Shown piece by piece: positions 29,604 to 39,700 of a DNA stretch of 64,000 nucleotides; positions within the stretch are counted from its first letter, which is position 1, and every line of letters begins with the position of its first letter. The DNA is taken from positions 608,001 to 672,000 of the forward strand of contig CBDCWI010000001.1 in assembly GCA_965223325.1 (NCBI GenBank), in the 5' to 3' direction. The notes under the pieces were generated by a model that was not told the DNA's origin, did no database searches, and saw only the letters and a program-made list of their open reading frames with translations. The stretch is from Candidatus Multivoradales bacterium. GTDB taxonomy: Bacteria; Acidobacteriota; Thermoanaerobaculia; Multivoradales; Multivoraceae. A program made the position numbers and the translations under genes.

Positions 29604-30422
29604 ATGAAACGACGCGACTTCCTCAAGACTTCGCTAGCAACTGCTCTAGGCACGAGCCTGCCTGCGAGCTCGCTGCTGGCCCTCGACCCGCAGCAGGAAT
29701 TCTACGAACTGCGCGCCTACCGGGTGCCCGACACCGCTTCGCAGGAACTCGTGCTGCGCTATCTCGAAGAGGGCCTGGTGCCGGCGCTCGGACGGTTTGG
29801 TCTCGACCGCGTCGGCTCGTTCACCGTCGTTCCAAAGCCGGTCAAATCGCCCGACGAACCGTCTGCCGTCGGCCCCGACCTGACCCTCTTCATGATTCTG
29901 CCGTTCCCGACCATCGAGGCCTTCCTCTCGCTGCGCCCCACCCTCGAAGCCGACCAGGAGTACCTGCGCGCCGCCGCCACCCACTACGCGCGGCCGCGCA
30001 AGGAGCCCGCCTATCGCCGCGTCGAAAGCTGGTTCATGAAGGCCTTCACCGGCATGCCGGTCATGGAGCTGCCCATCGAGAGCCGTGAGAAGAAGCCGCG
30101 GATTTTCGAAGTGCGGGTCTATGAAAGCCACACCGACGAAATGGCGCGGCGCAAGATCGAAATGTTCAATGAAGGCGAGATCGACATCATGCGCGCGGTC
30201 GGCCTGGCACCGCTGCTCTTTGGTGAGACCCTGATCGGCAACAACATCCCCAATCTCACCTACATCCTCTCGGCCCCCGACATGGCAACTCACGAGGCAC
30301 ACTGGAAGGCCTTCGGCACACACCCGGAGTGGAACCGAATGAAGAAGATGGAGCGCTACAAGGGCACCATCTCGGGAATCGAGAACTACTTCCTCCGCCC
30401 CACCGCTTTTTCCATGGTCTAG
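29604..30422 (+). CDS. Tat-exported NIPSNAP family protein
   Basis: 'MKRRDFLK' twin-arginine signal; two NIPSNAP-like halves 'YELRAY' and 'FEVRVYES'. Confidence 0.85.
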   Translation: MKRRDFLKTSLATALGTSLPASSLLALDPQQEFYELRAYRVPDTASQELVLRYLEEGLVPALGRFGLDRVGSFTVVPKPVKSPDEPSAVGPDLTLFMILPFPTIEAFLSLRPTLEADQEYLRAAATHYARPRKEPAYRRVESWFMKAFTGMPVMELPIESREKKPRIFEVRVYESHTDEMARRKIEMFNEGEIDIMRAVGLAPLLFGETLIGNNIPNLTYILSAPDMATHEAHWKAFGTHPEWNRMKKMERYKGTISGIENYFLRPTAFSMV

Positions 30423-30508
30423 CGGGCCCGATTCAAGGCAGCCTGTGCTGCAACAGCGCGCGCAGCGGGCCCACCTCATCTGGCGCTGCTCCTCTCGATG
30501 ACGGTGGT

Positions 30509-30538
30509 TTGCCCTCGACCCGCCGGCCGTTCTATCCT
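30509..30538 (+). promoter_or_regulatory. sigma70-type promoter TTGCCC-N18-TATCCT for the ileS-leuS leader
   Basis: The -10 box ends 8 nt before ATG 30547. Confidence 0.55.
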
Positions 30539-30546
30539 TGATCTCG

Positions 30547-30600
30547 ATGATGAAGAGCAACTCCCTCCTCATTACCCTCTACAGGGCCCCCGCCGGCTGA
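30547..30600 (+). CDS. Putative Leu/Ile leader peptide MMKSNSLLITLYRAPAG
   Basis: 17 codons containing an L-L-I-T-L run, directly followed by a terminator and ileS-leuS. Too short for the ORF track. Confidence 0.65.
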   Translation: MMKSNSLLITLYRAPAG

Positions 30601-30624
30601 GACCAACCCGTCTTCGCTGGAACC

Positions 30625-30665
30625 GAGAGGCCTCGCCTGAACAACGGCGGGGCCTTTCTCATTCT
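30625..30665 (+). terminator. Attenuator terminator upstream of ileS
   Basis: gagaggcctcgcc/ggcggggcctttc 13-bp stem (2 G-U pairs) with a tttctcattct tail. Confidence 0.7.
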
Positions 30666-30746
30666 GAGCACCCCTCTTGACCCGCTAGCCCTCCCGCGGA
30701 CCGTGAGAACCCTCCCGCCACATTTCGTCACGAGATCGAGACCGAC

Positions 30747-33644
30747 ATGACCGACGCCAACAACGACGACGCTCTGAAAGAACGCAAGAAGCTCTACAAG
30801 AAGAGCCTCAACCTGCCCAAGACCGGCTTCCCGATGAAGGCCAACCTGGTGCAGAACGAGCCGGCGTCGATCAAGCGCTGGGCGAAGCTCGACGTGTACA
30901 ACGCAGTCCTGACGGCGCGGGAGGAGGCACCGCCGTTTCGTTTTCACGACGGGCCGCCCTACGCCAACGGCACCATCCATGTCGGTCACCTGCTCAACAA
31001 GGTCCTCAAGGACCTGGTGGTACGAACGCGCTCGATGGCGGGCTACCACTGCCCTTATGTCCCTGGTTGGGACTGCCATGGCCTGCCGATCGAGCACAAG
31101 GTGCTCACCGAACTGACCGAGTCGGGCAAGGTCGAAAAGCTCCAGGACCTGCCCGAGGACACCTACCGCATGGCGGTGCGCCGCGAGTGCTCGCGCTACG
31201 CCCAGAAGTTCAAGAAGCTGCAGGCCGAGCAAATGGTGCGGCTGATGACACTGGCCGACTACGAGAACCCGTACATGACGATGAGCCCGGAGTACGAAGC
31301 CGGGGTGCTCGAGGTGTTCGCGGGCCTGGTCGACGAAGGCCTGATCTACCGCGACCTCAAGCCGGTGCATTGGTCAATCGCCAATGAGACAGCGCTCGCC
31401 GAGGCAGAGCTCGAGTATCACGACAAGACCGACCCATCGATCTACGTCTGGTTCGAGGCCGTCGACAAGGCAGCCGTCGCCAGCGCTTTCGGTGTGGACG
31501 CACCCGACGGCCCCGTGCACTTCATGATCTGGACGACGACTCCCTGGACCCTGCCGGCCAATCTATTGATCGCGGTGCACGAGCGCTACGAGTATTCGCT
31601 GGTCGAACTGGGCGGCAAAGTCGGTGTGGTGGCCTCCGAGCTCGCCTCGAAGGTGGCCCTTGCAGCCGGTACCGAAGCGCGTGAGCTCGGCCGCGTGAAG
31701 GGCAGCGATTTGGTGGGGCTGGCCTACACCCACCCGTTCATCGAAGCCAGTGAGCGCACCGAAAACGCCTGGCGCGTCGTGACCGCCGACTACGTGACCT
31801 TAGAGGACGGCACCGGTCTGGTGCACACTGCGCCCGGCCACGGCGCCGACGACTACCTCACGGGCCTCGAGCAGAACGTGCCGGTCTACTGCCCGGTTCA
31901 GGCCGACGGAACCTACGACGACACCGTCCCCGAGAACCTGCGCGGGGTGTCGATCTGGGACGCCAACAAGCAAATCGTCGACGCTCTGGTGGCTTCGGGC
32001 CACATGGTTCACCACTTCGAGTACCTGCACTCCTACCCCCACGACTGGCGCTCTAAAACGCCGACGATCTTCCGCGCCACCGAGCAGTGGTTCGCGGCGG
32101 TCGATGAACCGACGCGGTCGCACCAGAAGTCGCTGCGCGCCATGGCCCTGGAAGCCACCGAGAACACCGTCAGGTTCTTCCCCGGGTGGGGGCAGAAACG
32201 CATGCGCGGCATGCTCGAGTCACGACCGGATTGGTGCTTGTCGCGCCAACGTGCATGGGGCCTGCCCATCCCGGCGTTCAGGCTGCCTGACGGGACGGTC
32301 TTGTTGACGGCGGCAACGGTGCGGGCGGTCGCCGCCTGCTTCCTCGAACACGGCAGTGACGCCTGGTTCGAGAAGGACCCAGAGGTCCTCTTGGCCACCT
32401 GGGACAAAGCGACCGACGCCGACGCTCCCGAGAGCCTGCGGAGCGGCTCACTGGCGGTCGCCGAGTTGCAGAAGATGTACGACATCTTCGACGTCTGGTT
32501 CGAGTCGGGTTCCTCCTGGCACTCGGTGATGCAGGCGCGCGGTCAGGCGCACGCCGAGGGCTCGACCATCACCGATCTCTACCTCGAAGGTTCCGACCAG
32601 CATCGCGGCTGGTTTCAGGCGTCGTTGTTGCCGGCCCTGGGGATGACCGGCCGCTCGCCCTTCCGCGACCTCTTGACCCACGGCTTCATGATCGACCGCG
32701 ATGGCCGCAAGATCTCCAAGTCCCTGGGCAACACCCTCGAGGTCGAGGACCTCTTGCGCGACTACGGCGCCGATGTTTGCCGCTGGTGGGTGGCGCAGCT
32801 CGCCTATGAAAACGACATCAAGGTCGACATAGAAATCTTCGATGCCTCGGGTGACGCCTACCGCAAGGTGCGCAACACCCTACGCTTCCTCCTCGGCAAC
32901 CTGGCCGACTTCGATGCCGCGAGCGACAGTGTCGCGCCCGAGCGGCTCGCCTCGACCTCGCTCGATCGTTGGGCCCTCGAGCGCGCCAGCGAGCTCGCAG
33001 GGACCGTCAAGGCAGCCTATGAGGCCTATGAGTTCCGCCGCGCGACCCTGGCGATCTTCGACTTCTGCAACGACACTCTCTCGTCGCAGTACCTCGACGC
33101 CGTCAAAGACCGCCTCTACTGCGACGCCGCGGACTCTCCCCGCCGGCGTTCGGCACAAACGGCAATGTTCGAAATCGCACGAACGCTGATCCCAATGCTC
33201 GCGCCGATTCTCCCGCACACCGCAGACGAAGCCTGGCGCGATCTTCTCGGCATCGAGAAGAACGACCCGACAACCGTGCATACCGAGACCTTCCTGCCCC
33301 TGGACATCGAGGCCGACCCCCGCTGGGAGCAGGTCGGCGAAGTACGCCTGCTGGCCCAGAAGGCGATCGAGGAAGCCAAAGCAAGTGGCATCGAGAACCC
33401 GCTCGACGCCGGTCTGGTGCTCGCCGATCCGAACGGCGAACTGGCCGACTTTCTAGCCGACCTTCCTGACGTGCTCGGCGTTTCCCGCGTTTCCCTGGTC
33501 GGTGACGGCGCACCGGTCTCGGTCGTCGACCTGCGCGACCAGCCGCGTTGCGAACGCTCTTGGCGCCGCGACGAAACCGTCAAGGAGCGCTCCGACGGCG
33601 GCTTCCTCAGCGACCGTGACGCCCAGGCCGTCGGCATCTCGTAG
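30747..33644 (+). CDS. ileS: Isoleucyl-tRNA synthetase (type 1)
   Basis: 'HDGPPYANG', HVGH, 'GWDCHGLP', 'WTTTPWT', 'EGSDQHRGWF', KISKS. Confidence 0.97.
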   Translation: MTDANNDDALKERKKLYKKSLNLPKTGFPMKANLVQNEPASIKRWAKLDVYNAVLTAREEAPPFRFHDGPPYANGTIHVGHLLNKVLKDLVVRTRSMAGYHCPYVPGWDCHGLPIEHKVLTELTESGKVEKLQDLPEDTYRMAVRRECSRYAQKFKKLQAEQMVRLMTLADYENPYMTMSPEYEAGVLEVFAGLVDEGLIYRDLKPVHWSIANETALAEAELEYHDKTDPSIYVWFEAVDKAAVASAFGVDAPDGPVHFMIWTTTPWTLPANLLIAVHERYEYSLVELGGKVGVVASELASKVALAAGTEARELGRVKGSDLVGLAYTHPFIEASERTENAWRVVTADYVTLEDGTGLVHTAPGHGADDYLTGLEQNVPVYCPVQADGTYDDTVPENLRGVSIWDANKQIVDALVASGHMVHHFEYLHSYPHDWRSKTPTIFRATEQWFAAVDEPTRSHQKSLRAMALEATENTVRFFPGWGQKRMRGMLESRPDWCLSRQRAWGLPIPAFRLPDGTVLLTAATVRAVAACFLEHGSDAWFEKDPEVLLATWDKATDADAPESLRSGSLAVAELQKMYDIFDVWFESGSSWHSVMQARGQAHAEGSTITDLYLEGSDQHRGWFQASLLPALGMTGRSPFRDLLTHGFMIDRDGRKISKSLGNTLEVEDLLRDYGADVCRWWVAQLAYENDIKVDIEIFDASGDAYRKVRNTLRFLLGNLADFDAASDSVAPERLASTSLDRWALERASELAGTVKAAYEAYEFRRATLAIFDFCNDTLSSQYLDAVKDRLYCDAADSPRRRSAQTAMFEIARTLIPMLAPILPHTADEAWRDLLGIEKNDPTTVHTETFLPLDIEADPRWEQVGEVRLLAQKAIEEAKASGIENPLDAGLVLADPNGELADFLADLPDVLGVSRVSLVGDGAPVSVVDLRDQPRCERSWRRDETVKERSDGGFLSDRDAQAVGIS

Positions 33645-33717
33645 GGCGACAGTTTCGCGCCGCCCATGACAACCTCTCCTCTACCAACCTTTTCTCCCGC
33701 GACCAACTGAGACCGCT

Positions 33718-36285
33718 ATGAGCGATTTCCCCTACCGACCGTCCGACATTGAAGGCAAATGGCAGAACGCCTGGCAAGACCAGAAGGCCTTTCGCACCCC
33801 GACCGACCTGGCAGAGCTCGCCGGCCGGGAAAAGTTCTACGTGCTCGACATGTTCCCGTACCCCTCAGGAGCGGGAATCCACATCGGCCACCCCGAGGGC
33901 TACACCGCGACCGACGTCATCGCCCGCAAGCGCCGCATGCAGGGCCAGGCCGTTCTGCACCCGATGGGTTGGGATGCCTTCGGCCTGCCGGCCGAGCGGG
34001 CGGCGGTGCGCGAAGACATCCACCCAGCGATCATCACCCGACGCAACATCGACAACTTCCGCGGCCAGATCAAGCGCCTGGGCTTCTCCTATGACTGGGA
34101 TCGCGAGGTCTCGACTGCCGCCCCCGACTACTACCGCTGGACGCAGTGGATCTTCCTCAAGCTCCATGAGCGCGACCTGGCGTACATGGCCGACGTGCCG
34201 GTCAACTGGTGCCCGGCACTGGGCACCGTGCTGGCCAACGAAGAAGTCAAAGACGGCGTCTATGTCGAAACCGGCGATCCGGTCGAACGTCGCACCATGC
34301 GCCAGTGGATGCTCAAGATCACCGCCTACGCCGAGCGCCTGATCGACGACCTCGAGGGCCTGGACTGGCCCGAGCACGTCAAGGAAATGCAGCGCAACTG
34401 GATCGGCAAGTCGCGCGGCGCCGAGATCGAGTTCAAGGTGCGCGGCGTTGAGGGCAAGAGCTTTACCGTCTTTACCACCCGGCCGGACACGCTGTTTGGT
34501 GCCACCTACTGCGTCCTGGCGCCCGAGCACACCCTGGTCGAAGAGATCACCACCGACGAGCAGCGCGCGGCGGTCGACGCCTACGTCGCCCAGGCACGTG
34601 ACAAGAGCGAGCTCCAGCGCACCGATCTGGAGAAAGAAAAAACCGGTGTGTTCACCGGCGCCTACGTCACCCATCCAGTGACCCTCGAGCCGGTCCCCAT
34701 CTGGGTTGCCGACTACGTGCTGGCCACCTACGGCACCGGGGCGATCATGGCCGTTCCCGGCCAGGACCAGCGCGACTGGGACTTTGCCAAGCAGTTCGAT
34801 CTGCCGATCGTGCGCACCGTCGCCCCACCGCCGGACTGGGAGGGCGAGGCCTACACCGGCGAGGGCACGGCCATTCATTCCGACTTCCTCGATGGCCTCC
34901 ACATCGACGACGCCAAGGCGCGCATGATCGCCTGGCTCGAAGAGCATGGGCGCGGCAAGGCGCGGGTCGAGTACCGCCTGCGCGACTGGCTGTTTTCGCG
35001 CCAGCGCTACTGGGGAGAGCCCTTTCCCGTGGTGCACATCATCGACGACGCCGGAAACCCGACCGGTGAGATCGTTGCCGTGCCGCGCGCCGAGCTGCCG
35101 GTCGAGTTGCCGCAGGTCGATGAGTACCGCCCCACCGACGACGGTCGCCCGCCCCTGGCACGTGCTGGCGACGACTGGTTGATGGTCGAGCTGCCCGACG
35201 GTCGGCGTGCGCTGCGCGAGACCAACACCATGCCGCAGTGGGCCGGCTCCTGCTGGTATTACCTGCGCTACATCGACCCGAAGAACGAGCGCGAGCCGTG
35301 GGACCCCGCGCTCGAGCGTTTCTGGATGCCAGTCGACCTGTATATCGGCGGTATCGAACATGCCGTCTTGCACCTGCTCTATTCGCGGTTCTGGCACAAG
35401 GTGCTCTACGACTGCGGTCTGGTGTCGACCACGGAACCGTTCCAGAAGCTCTTCAACCAGGGCATGATTCTCGCCGCCTCGTTCCAGAACGAGGCCGGCA
35501 AGTACTACTCGCCCGAAGACGTCGAAGAGCGAGACGACGCCTTCTTCGCCAAAGAGAGCGGCGAGAAACTGTCGACGCGGGTCGAGAAGATGTCCAAGTC
35601 GCGCCTCAACGTCGTCAACCCAGACGACGTGATCGCCGAATACGGTGCCGATGCCCTGCGCCTCTACGAGCTCTTCATGGGCCCGCTCGAGCAGGTCAAG
35701 CCCTGGTCGACCAAAGATGTCGAAGGGGTCTATCGCTTCTTACAGCGCGTCTGGCGCCTGGCCGTCGACGAAGACAGCGGGAAAGTCGCTTCGAAACTCA
35801 CCGACGCTCCCGGAGCCTCCGAGGACGAGACCTGGCGTTTGCTCCACAAGACGATCAAGAAGGTCGAGGAAGACATCGAAAGCCTGTCGATGAACACCGC
35901 GATCTCGCAGATGATGGTGTGGACGAACGCCGCCACTGCCGCCCGAAGCCTGCCGCGCCAATCGCTCACCACCTTCCTGCGGGTGTTGGCGCCCTTTGCG
36001 CCGCACCTGGCCGAAGAACTGTGGCAACGCCTGGGTGGCGAGGGGCTCGCCTCGCTAGCGGAGTGGCCGCAATGGGATGAAGCCCTGATTGTCGACGAAA
36101 CGATCACTCTCGTCGTCCAGGTCAACGGCAAGAAGCGCGACACCCTCGAAGTGCCCGCCGATGCTGACCAGGCAACCCTCGAGCAGCTGGCGTTGGCGTC
36201 CGAAGGGGCGGTGAAGTTCCTCGAGGGCAAGAAGCCCAGGAAGATCATCGTGGTACCCGGCCGACTGGTGAACATCGTCGGGTAG
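33718..36285 (+). CDS. leuS: Leucyl-tRNA synthetase
   Basis: 'DMFPYPSG', HIGH, 'FTTRPDT', '[12 protein letters not shown]', KMSKS, 'VQVNGKKR'. Confidence 0.97.
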   Translation: MSDFPYRPSDIEGKWQNAWQDQKAFRTPTDLAELAGREKFYVLDMFPYPSGAGIHIGHPEGYTATDVIARKRRMQGQAVLHPMGWDAFGLPAERAAVREDIHPAIITRRNIDNFRGQIKRLGFSYDWDREVSTAAPDYYRWTQWIFLKLHERDLAYMADVPVNWCPALGTVLANEEVKDGVYVETGDPVERRTMRQWMLKITAYAERLIDDLEGLDWPEHVKEMQRNWIGKSRGAEIEFKVRGVEGKSFTVFTTRPDTLFGATYCVLAPEHTLVEEITTDEQRAAVDAYVAQARDKSELQRTDLEKEKTGVFTGAYVTHPVTLEPVPIWVADYVLATYGTGAIMAVPGQDQRDWDFAKQFDLPIVRTVAPPPDWEGEAYTGEGTAIHSDFLDGLHIDDAKARMIAWLEEHGRGKARVEYRLRDWLFSRQRYWGEPFPVVHIIDDAGNPTGEIVAVPRAELPVELPQVDEYRPTDDGRPPLARAGDDWLMVELPDGRRALRETNTMPQWAGSCWYYLRYIDPKNEREPWDPALERFWMPVDLYIGGIEHAVLHLLYSRFWHKVLYDCGLVSTTEPFQKLFNQGMILAASFQNEAGKYYSPEDVEERDDAFFAKESGEKLSTRVEKMSKSRLNVVNPDDVIAEYGADALRLYELFMGPLEQVKPWSTKDVEGVYRFLQRVWRLAVDEDSGKVASKLTDAPGASEDETWRLLHKTIKKVEEDIESLSMNTAISQMMVWTNAATAARSLPRQSLTTFLRVLAPFAPHLAEELWQRLGGEGLASLAEWPQWDEALIVDETITLVVQVNGKKRDTLEVPADADQATLEQLALASEGAVKFLEGKKPRKIIVVPGRLVNIVG

Positions 36286-36563
36286 GAGCCCCTCCATATC
36301 CGCCGCGAGCTCGCGGGCATACAGCAAGAGTGGTCAAGAGACCGGCCTCGAGCCGGCTGGGTGAGGTGCGTTCAAGGGAATGATCTTGCCGCCGGCGGCG
36401 CCCGTGACGCTGCGACGCCAAGAAATTCTTTCATCTTTTTTCCCTGCAATTCACTGGGCGTCGTCTGCATCGGCTCACTCTCCGGCGCGAAGAGGTCGCC
36501 CGCAAAGGACTGAAAAGACAGCCATCTGGCCTTGCCCACCCAGGCACGCTTCGAGAAGGCGAT

Positions 36564-36577
36564 AAATACGAGTATTT
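36564..36577. promoter_or_regulatory. Palindrome AAATAC-GA-GTATTT in AT-rich promoter region
   Basis: Perfect 6-2-6 inverted repeat about 180 nt upstream of the large secreted protein gene. Confidence 0.4.
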
Positions 36578-36758
36578 GGTCAAAAGAATACACCTATTAG
36601 TCAATTCAAAAATTGTTTAGTACTTTCGCTCCAATCCAGAATCACCATTTCCGGTCAATCGCCGGCCTCCCCGCGACTCCACTCCTCTTGTCGCCGGCGC
36701 GAGACAACCAACCGGTTCGAGCACATCGGCTCGACCCTGAACCTTAGAGGTGTTACCC

Positions 36759-39700
36759 ATGCCCACACTCGTTCATCGTTCGCGCAAACTCCATGCGCTC
36801 CTCTTGTCGGTTGCCGTCCTGGTCGCACTGGTTGCGGTTCCCGCCGCCGCGCAGACGGCCACGCCAACCGACGCATTTACCTTCTACGTTCCGTTCCCCG
36901 AGAGCGACGCGGACACTGTGTTCAGCGAGCTGCTCACCGGCTGGACCGGCGACGACACGCCCGACGATCACATCGTCAGCGTGATCTCGATCGCGGTGTC
37001 CGGCAACGGCACCGTCATCTACTACGACCATCACGAAGATGGTTTCCAGCCGACATTCGTCGGCGCGCCCGCCGGGACCGTCCTCATCTGGGGTGACGGA
37101 GACGCCAGCAATGGTGTCCCGCTGGGCGATCGCAACGGCGATAGCACGATCGACGACCTCGACGATTTCCTTCTTGCAGGCGACGTCATTGCCCTGCGCG
37201 ATGACATTCCGCTTCCCGACTCCTCCGCGACCCTGCGTTTCGACGGTGGTGACAAGCTGGGCGCCAGCCGCCCGATCGCCGTCACGCGCATTGCCTGGGA
37301 CATCGACGCTGGTGCCTTGCTCGCCGGTGCTGTCGAGGTGTACGCAGTTTCGGAGTACGGCACGCAGTATGTCTTGCCGATCGGTGAGAACCTGGCGACC
37401 ATCGACGAGGGCATGTTCAGTCGCACCTACGCCAGCATCATGGCGTCGGAGGACAACACCCTGGTCGAGGCCCGCATCGCTGGCGGTTCGGGCACCTGGG
37501 TCGCCATTGGCACGATCAACGAGGGTGAGAGCCTGCTCTACCCGCAGTCCAACGCCGGGCTCGAGATCCGCGCCTCTAGCCCAGTCCAGGTTCACCTGGC
37601 CACCGGCCAGACCTACGCCGAAGGCGGCAAGTTCGAGTCGCGTTGGTTCAGCCTTTCGCAGGACGACTTCCTTGGCGGCGAGTACTTCACCCCCGCCTCG
37701 ACGACGGTCCAGGGCACCGGCACGCTCCTCAACCCGACGTCGGCCTTCGTCTACAACCCCAACGCCGCCACCATCTCGGTATGGGTCGAGAGTTCTGGTG
37801 CTGCAACCTTCTGCGCCGACATCACTGGGTTTTCGACCCAGCGTTTCGACCTTCCAGGCGGTGCCTACACCGGCACCGGCTCCGTCAAGACCGGCGACGG
37901 CACTCACCTGATCGCCTCGGCAACAGCAGTCTGTAACGTCGATCCGGTTCCCACCTCCTCCGACACTGAGATCTCGGCTGTCGCGGCAGTGAACGCTCTC
38001 CCGCAGGCGGATACCAGCGCTCCGGACAACGACACCTGGGATTGGGGCTACTCGCTGATTCCGGTCTCGCGCCTCACGACGCAGGGTCTGGTGGGTTGGG
38101 GCCCGGGCTTCGACCTGGCCGATCCGACCGGCGCAACGTCGACCGTCAACGGCAGCCCGATCTGGGTCATCGCCACCGTCGACGGCACCACCGTCGTCGC
38201 AGACTGGGACGGCGCCGATGTCAGCGTCGTCCTCGACAAGTACGAGACCGTTCAGTTCGCTGATCCTGATCTCGACAACACCGGAACGCGGATCTTCAGC
38301 CTTCAGGGCCCAGATGGCGTCGACAAGCCGATCGCCATCGCCTGGGGCGAGAACTCCGAGGTAGCGAACGTTGCGAGGCCCTTCCTCGACGTCGGTACCA
38401 GCGTCTACCCGCTGCCGGCCTTCACACTCCGTAAGGAGGTCGCGCTCGCTGACGATGTCGACATGAACGGTGTCTACGACGCCGGCGACACGGTGCTTTA
38501 CACCATCAATGTGATCAACGAGAAGCAGGGTGCCCTGCGCAACATTCGGGTGTGGGACATCCTCCCCGACTCGCTCATCTATGAGGAGGGCACCACCTCG
38601 CTGCTCCATCCAGACGGGACTAGAACGGCGATTGCCGACGACGACCCGGCGGATGACCCCACCCCCTTCCCGCTCGACGGAGATGGTGTGGTGATCGGCG
38701 ACCTCTCGATCTTCGAAGACGGCTATCAGGTGTCCTTTGAGGCAACCATCCGCGGCGACCTCGAAGTCGAGTACGGCGAGATGATCATCAACAACGCTTG
38801 CGCCGTGGCGACCAACGCCCAGGAAGATTGCGACGACAGCACGTTCCTGATCCATCAGCCCGCCATCGATCTAGAGAAGTCGGTCATCATCGATGACGGT
38901 GTGAGCGACCTCGCTGACCTGTGCGCCGATGCTGAGCAGTCGACCACCGGTGCTACCGGCACGGCGATCTACTACTGCTTCACCATCACCAACACCGGCA
39001 ACACCTATCTGTCAGACCTGGTCTTCGTCGATGACGACTTGTCTATCGCTCTCGGAGACCTGACCCTGGTGTCTGGTTCGACCGCTCTGATGGCACCGGG
39101 TGATTCCGCGGTGTACGCCTACTCGAGCACGATCGGTGATGCGTACTTCCTGAACACTGCCGACGTCACCGGCAACCCGACCGACAATCAGGGGAACGAC
39201 CTTCCGGGTGTCGACGACGTCACCGACGACGACGACGCCGAGGTCACTCCCTGGGATCCGTCGATCGAGATCGTCAAGGACCCGGACAACCAGACGGTTC
39301 GAGTTGGTGGCACGGCGATGTGGAACATCACGGTGACCAACACCGGCAACGTGCTCCTTACCAACGTCACCGTAACCGACACGATCGCACCAGACTGCGA
39401 TCACTTCATCGGTGACCTCGAGCCTGGCGTGGAGAACGCCGTGACCTACACCTGCGAGCTGCAGGACGTCACCGAAGACTTCACCAATGTCGCAGTCGTC
39501 AAGGGCGATGATCCAGATGGAGAACCGGTCGAAGATGACGACGACGCAGACGTCGACGTGACCAACCCCGGCATCTCGATCGACAAGGCCGCCAAGGATG
39601 GAACCGACTCCCAGACCGTCCGTACCGACGGAACGGCAACCTGGGACATCACGGTCACCAACACCGGCGACATAGACCTCGAGAACGTCACCGTGACCGA

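Noticed and set aside
30616-30637. T-box-like UGGAACC bulge (30618-30624) overlapping the ileS terminator
   Set aside because: Only 2-bp and 3-bp flanking helices; UGGA does not match the A73 discriminator of tRNA-Ile/Leu; about 70 nt from the predicted TSS leaves little room for Stem I. The leader-peptide model fits better, but an Infernal T-box scan would settle it.
36753-38855. Long antisense or alternative-frame ORFs (700 aa here; also 33865-35397, 25547-26776, 10931-12241)
   Set aside because: Shadows of GC3-rich genes on the opposite strand, with no recognisable motifs.
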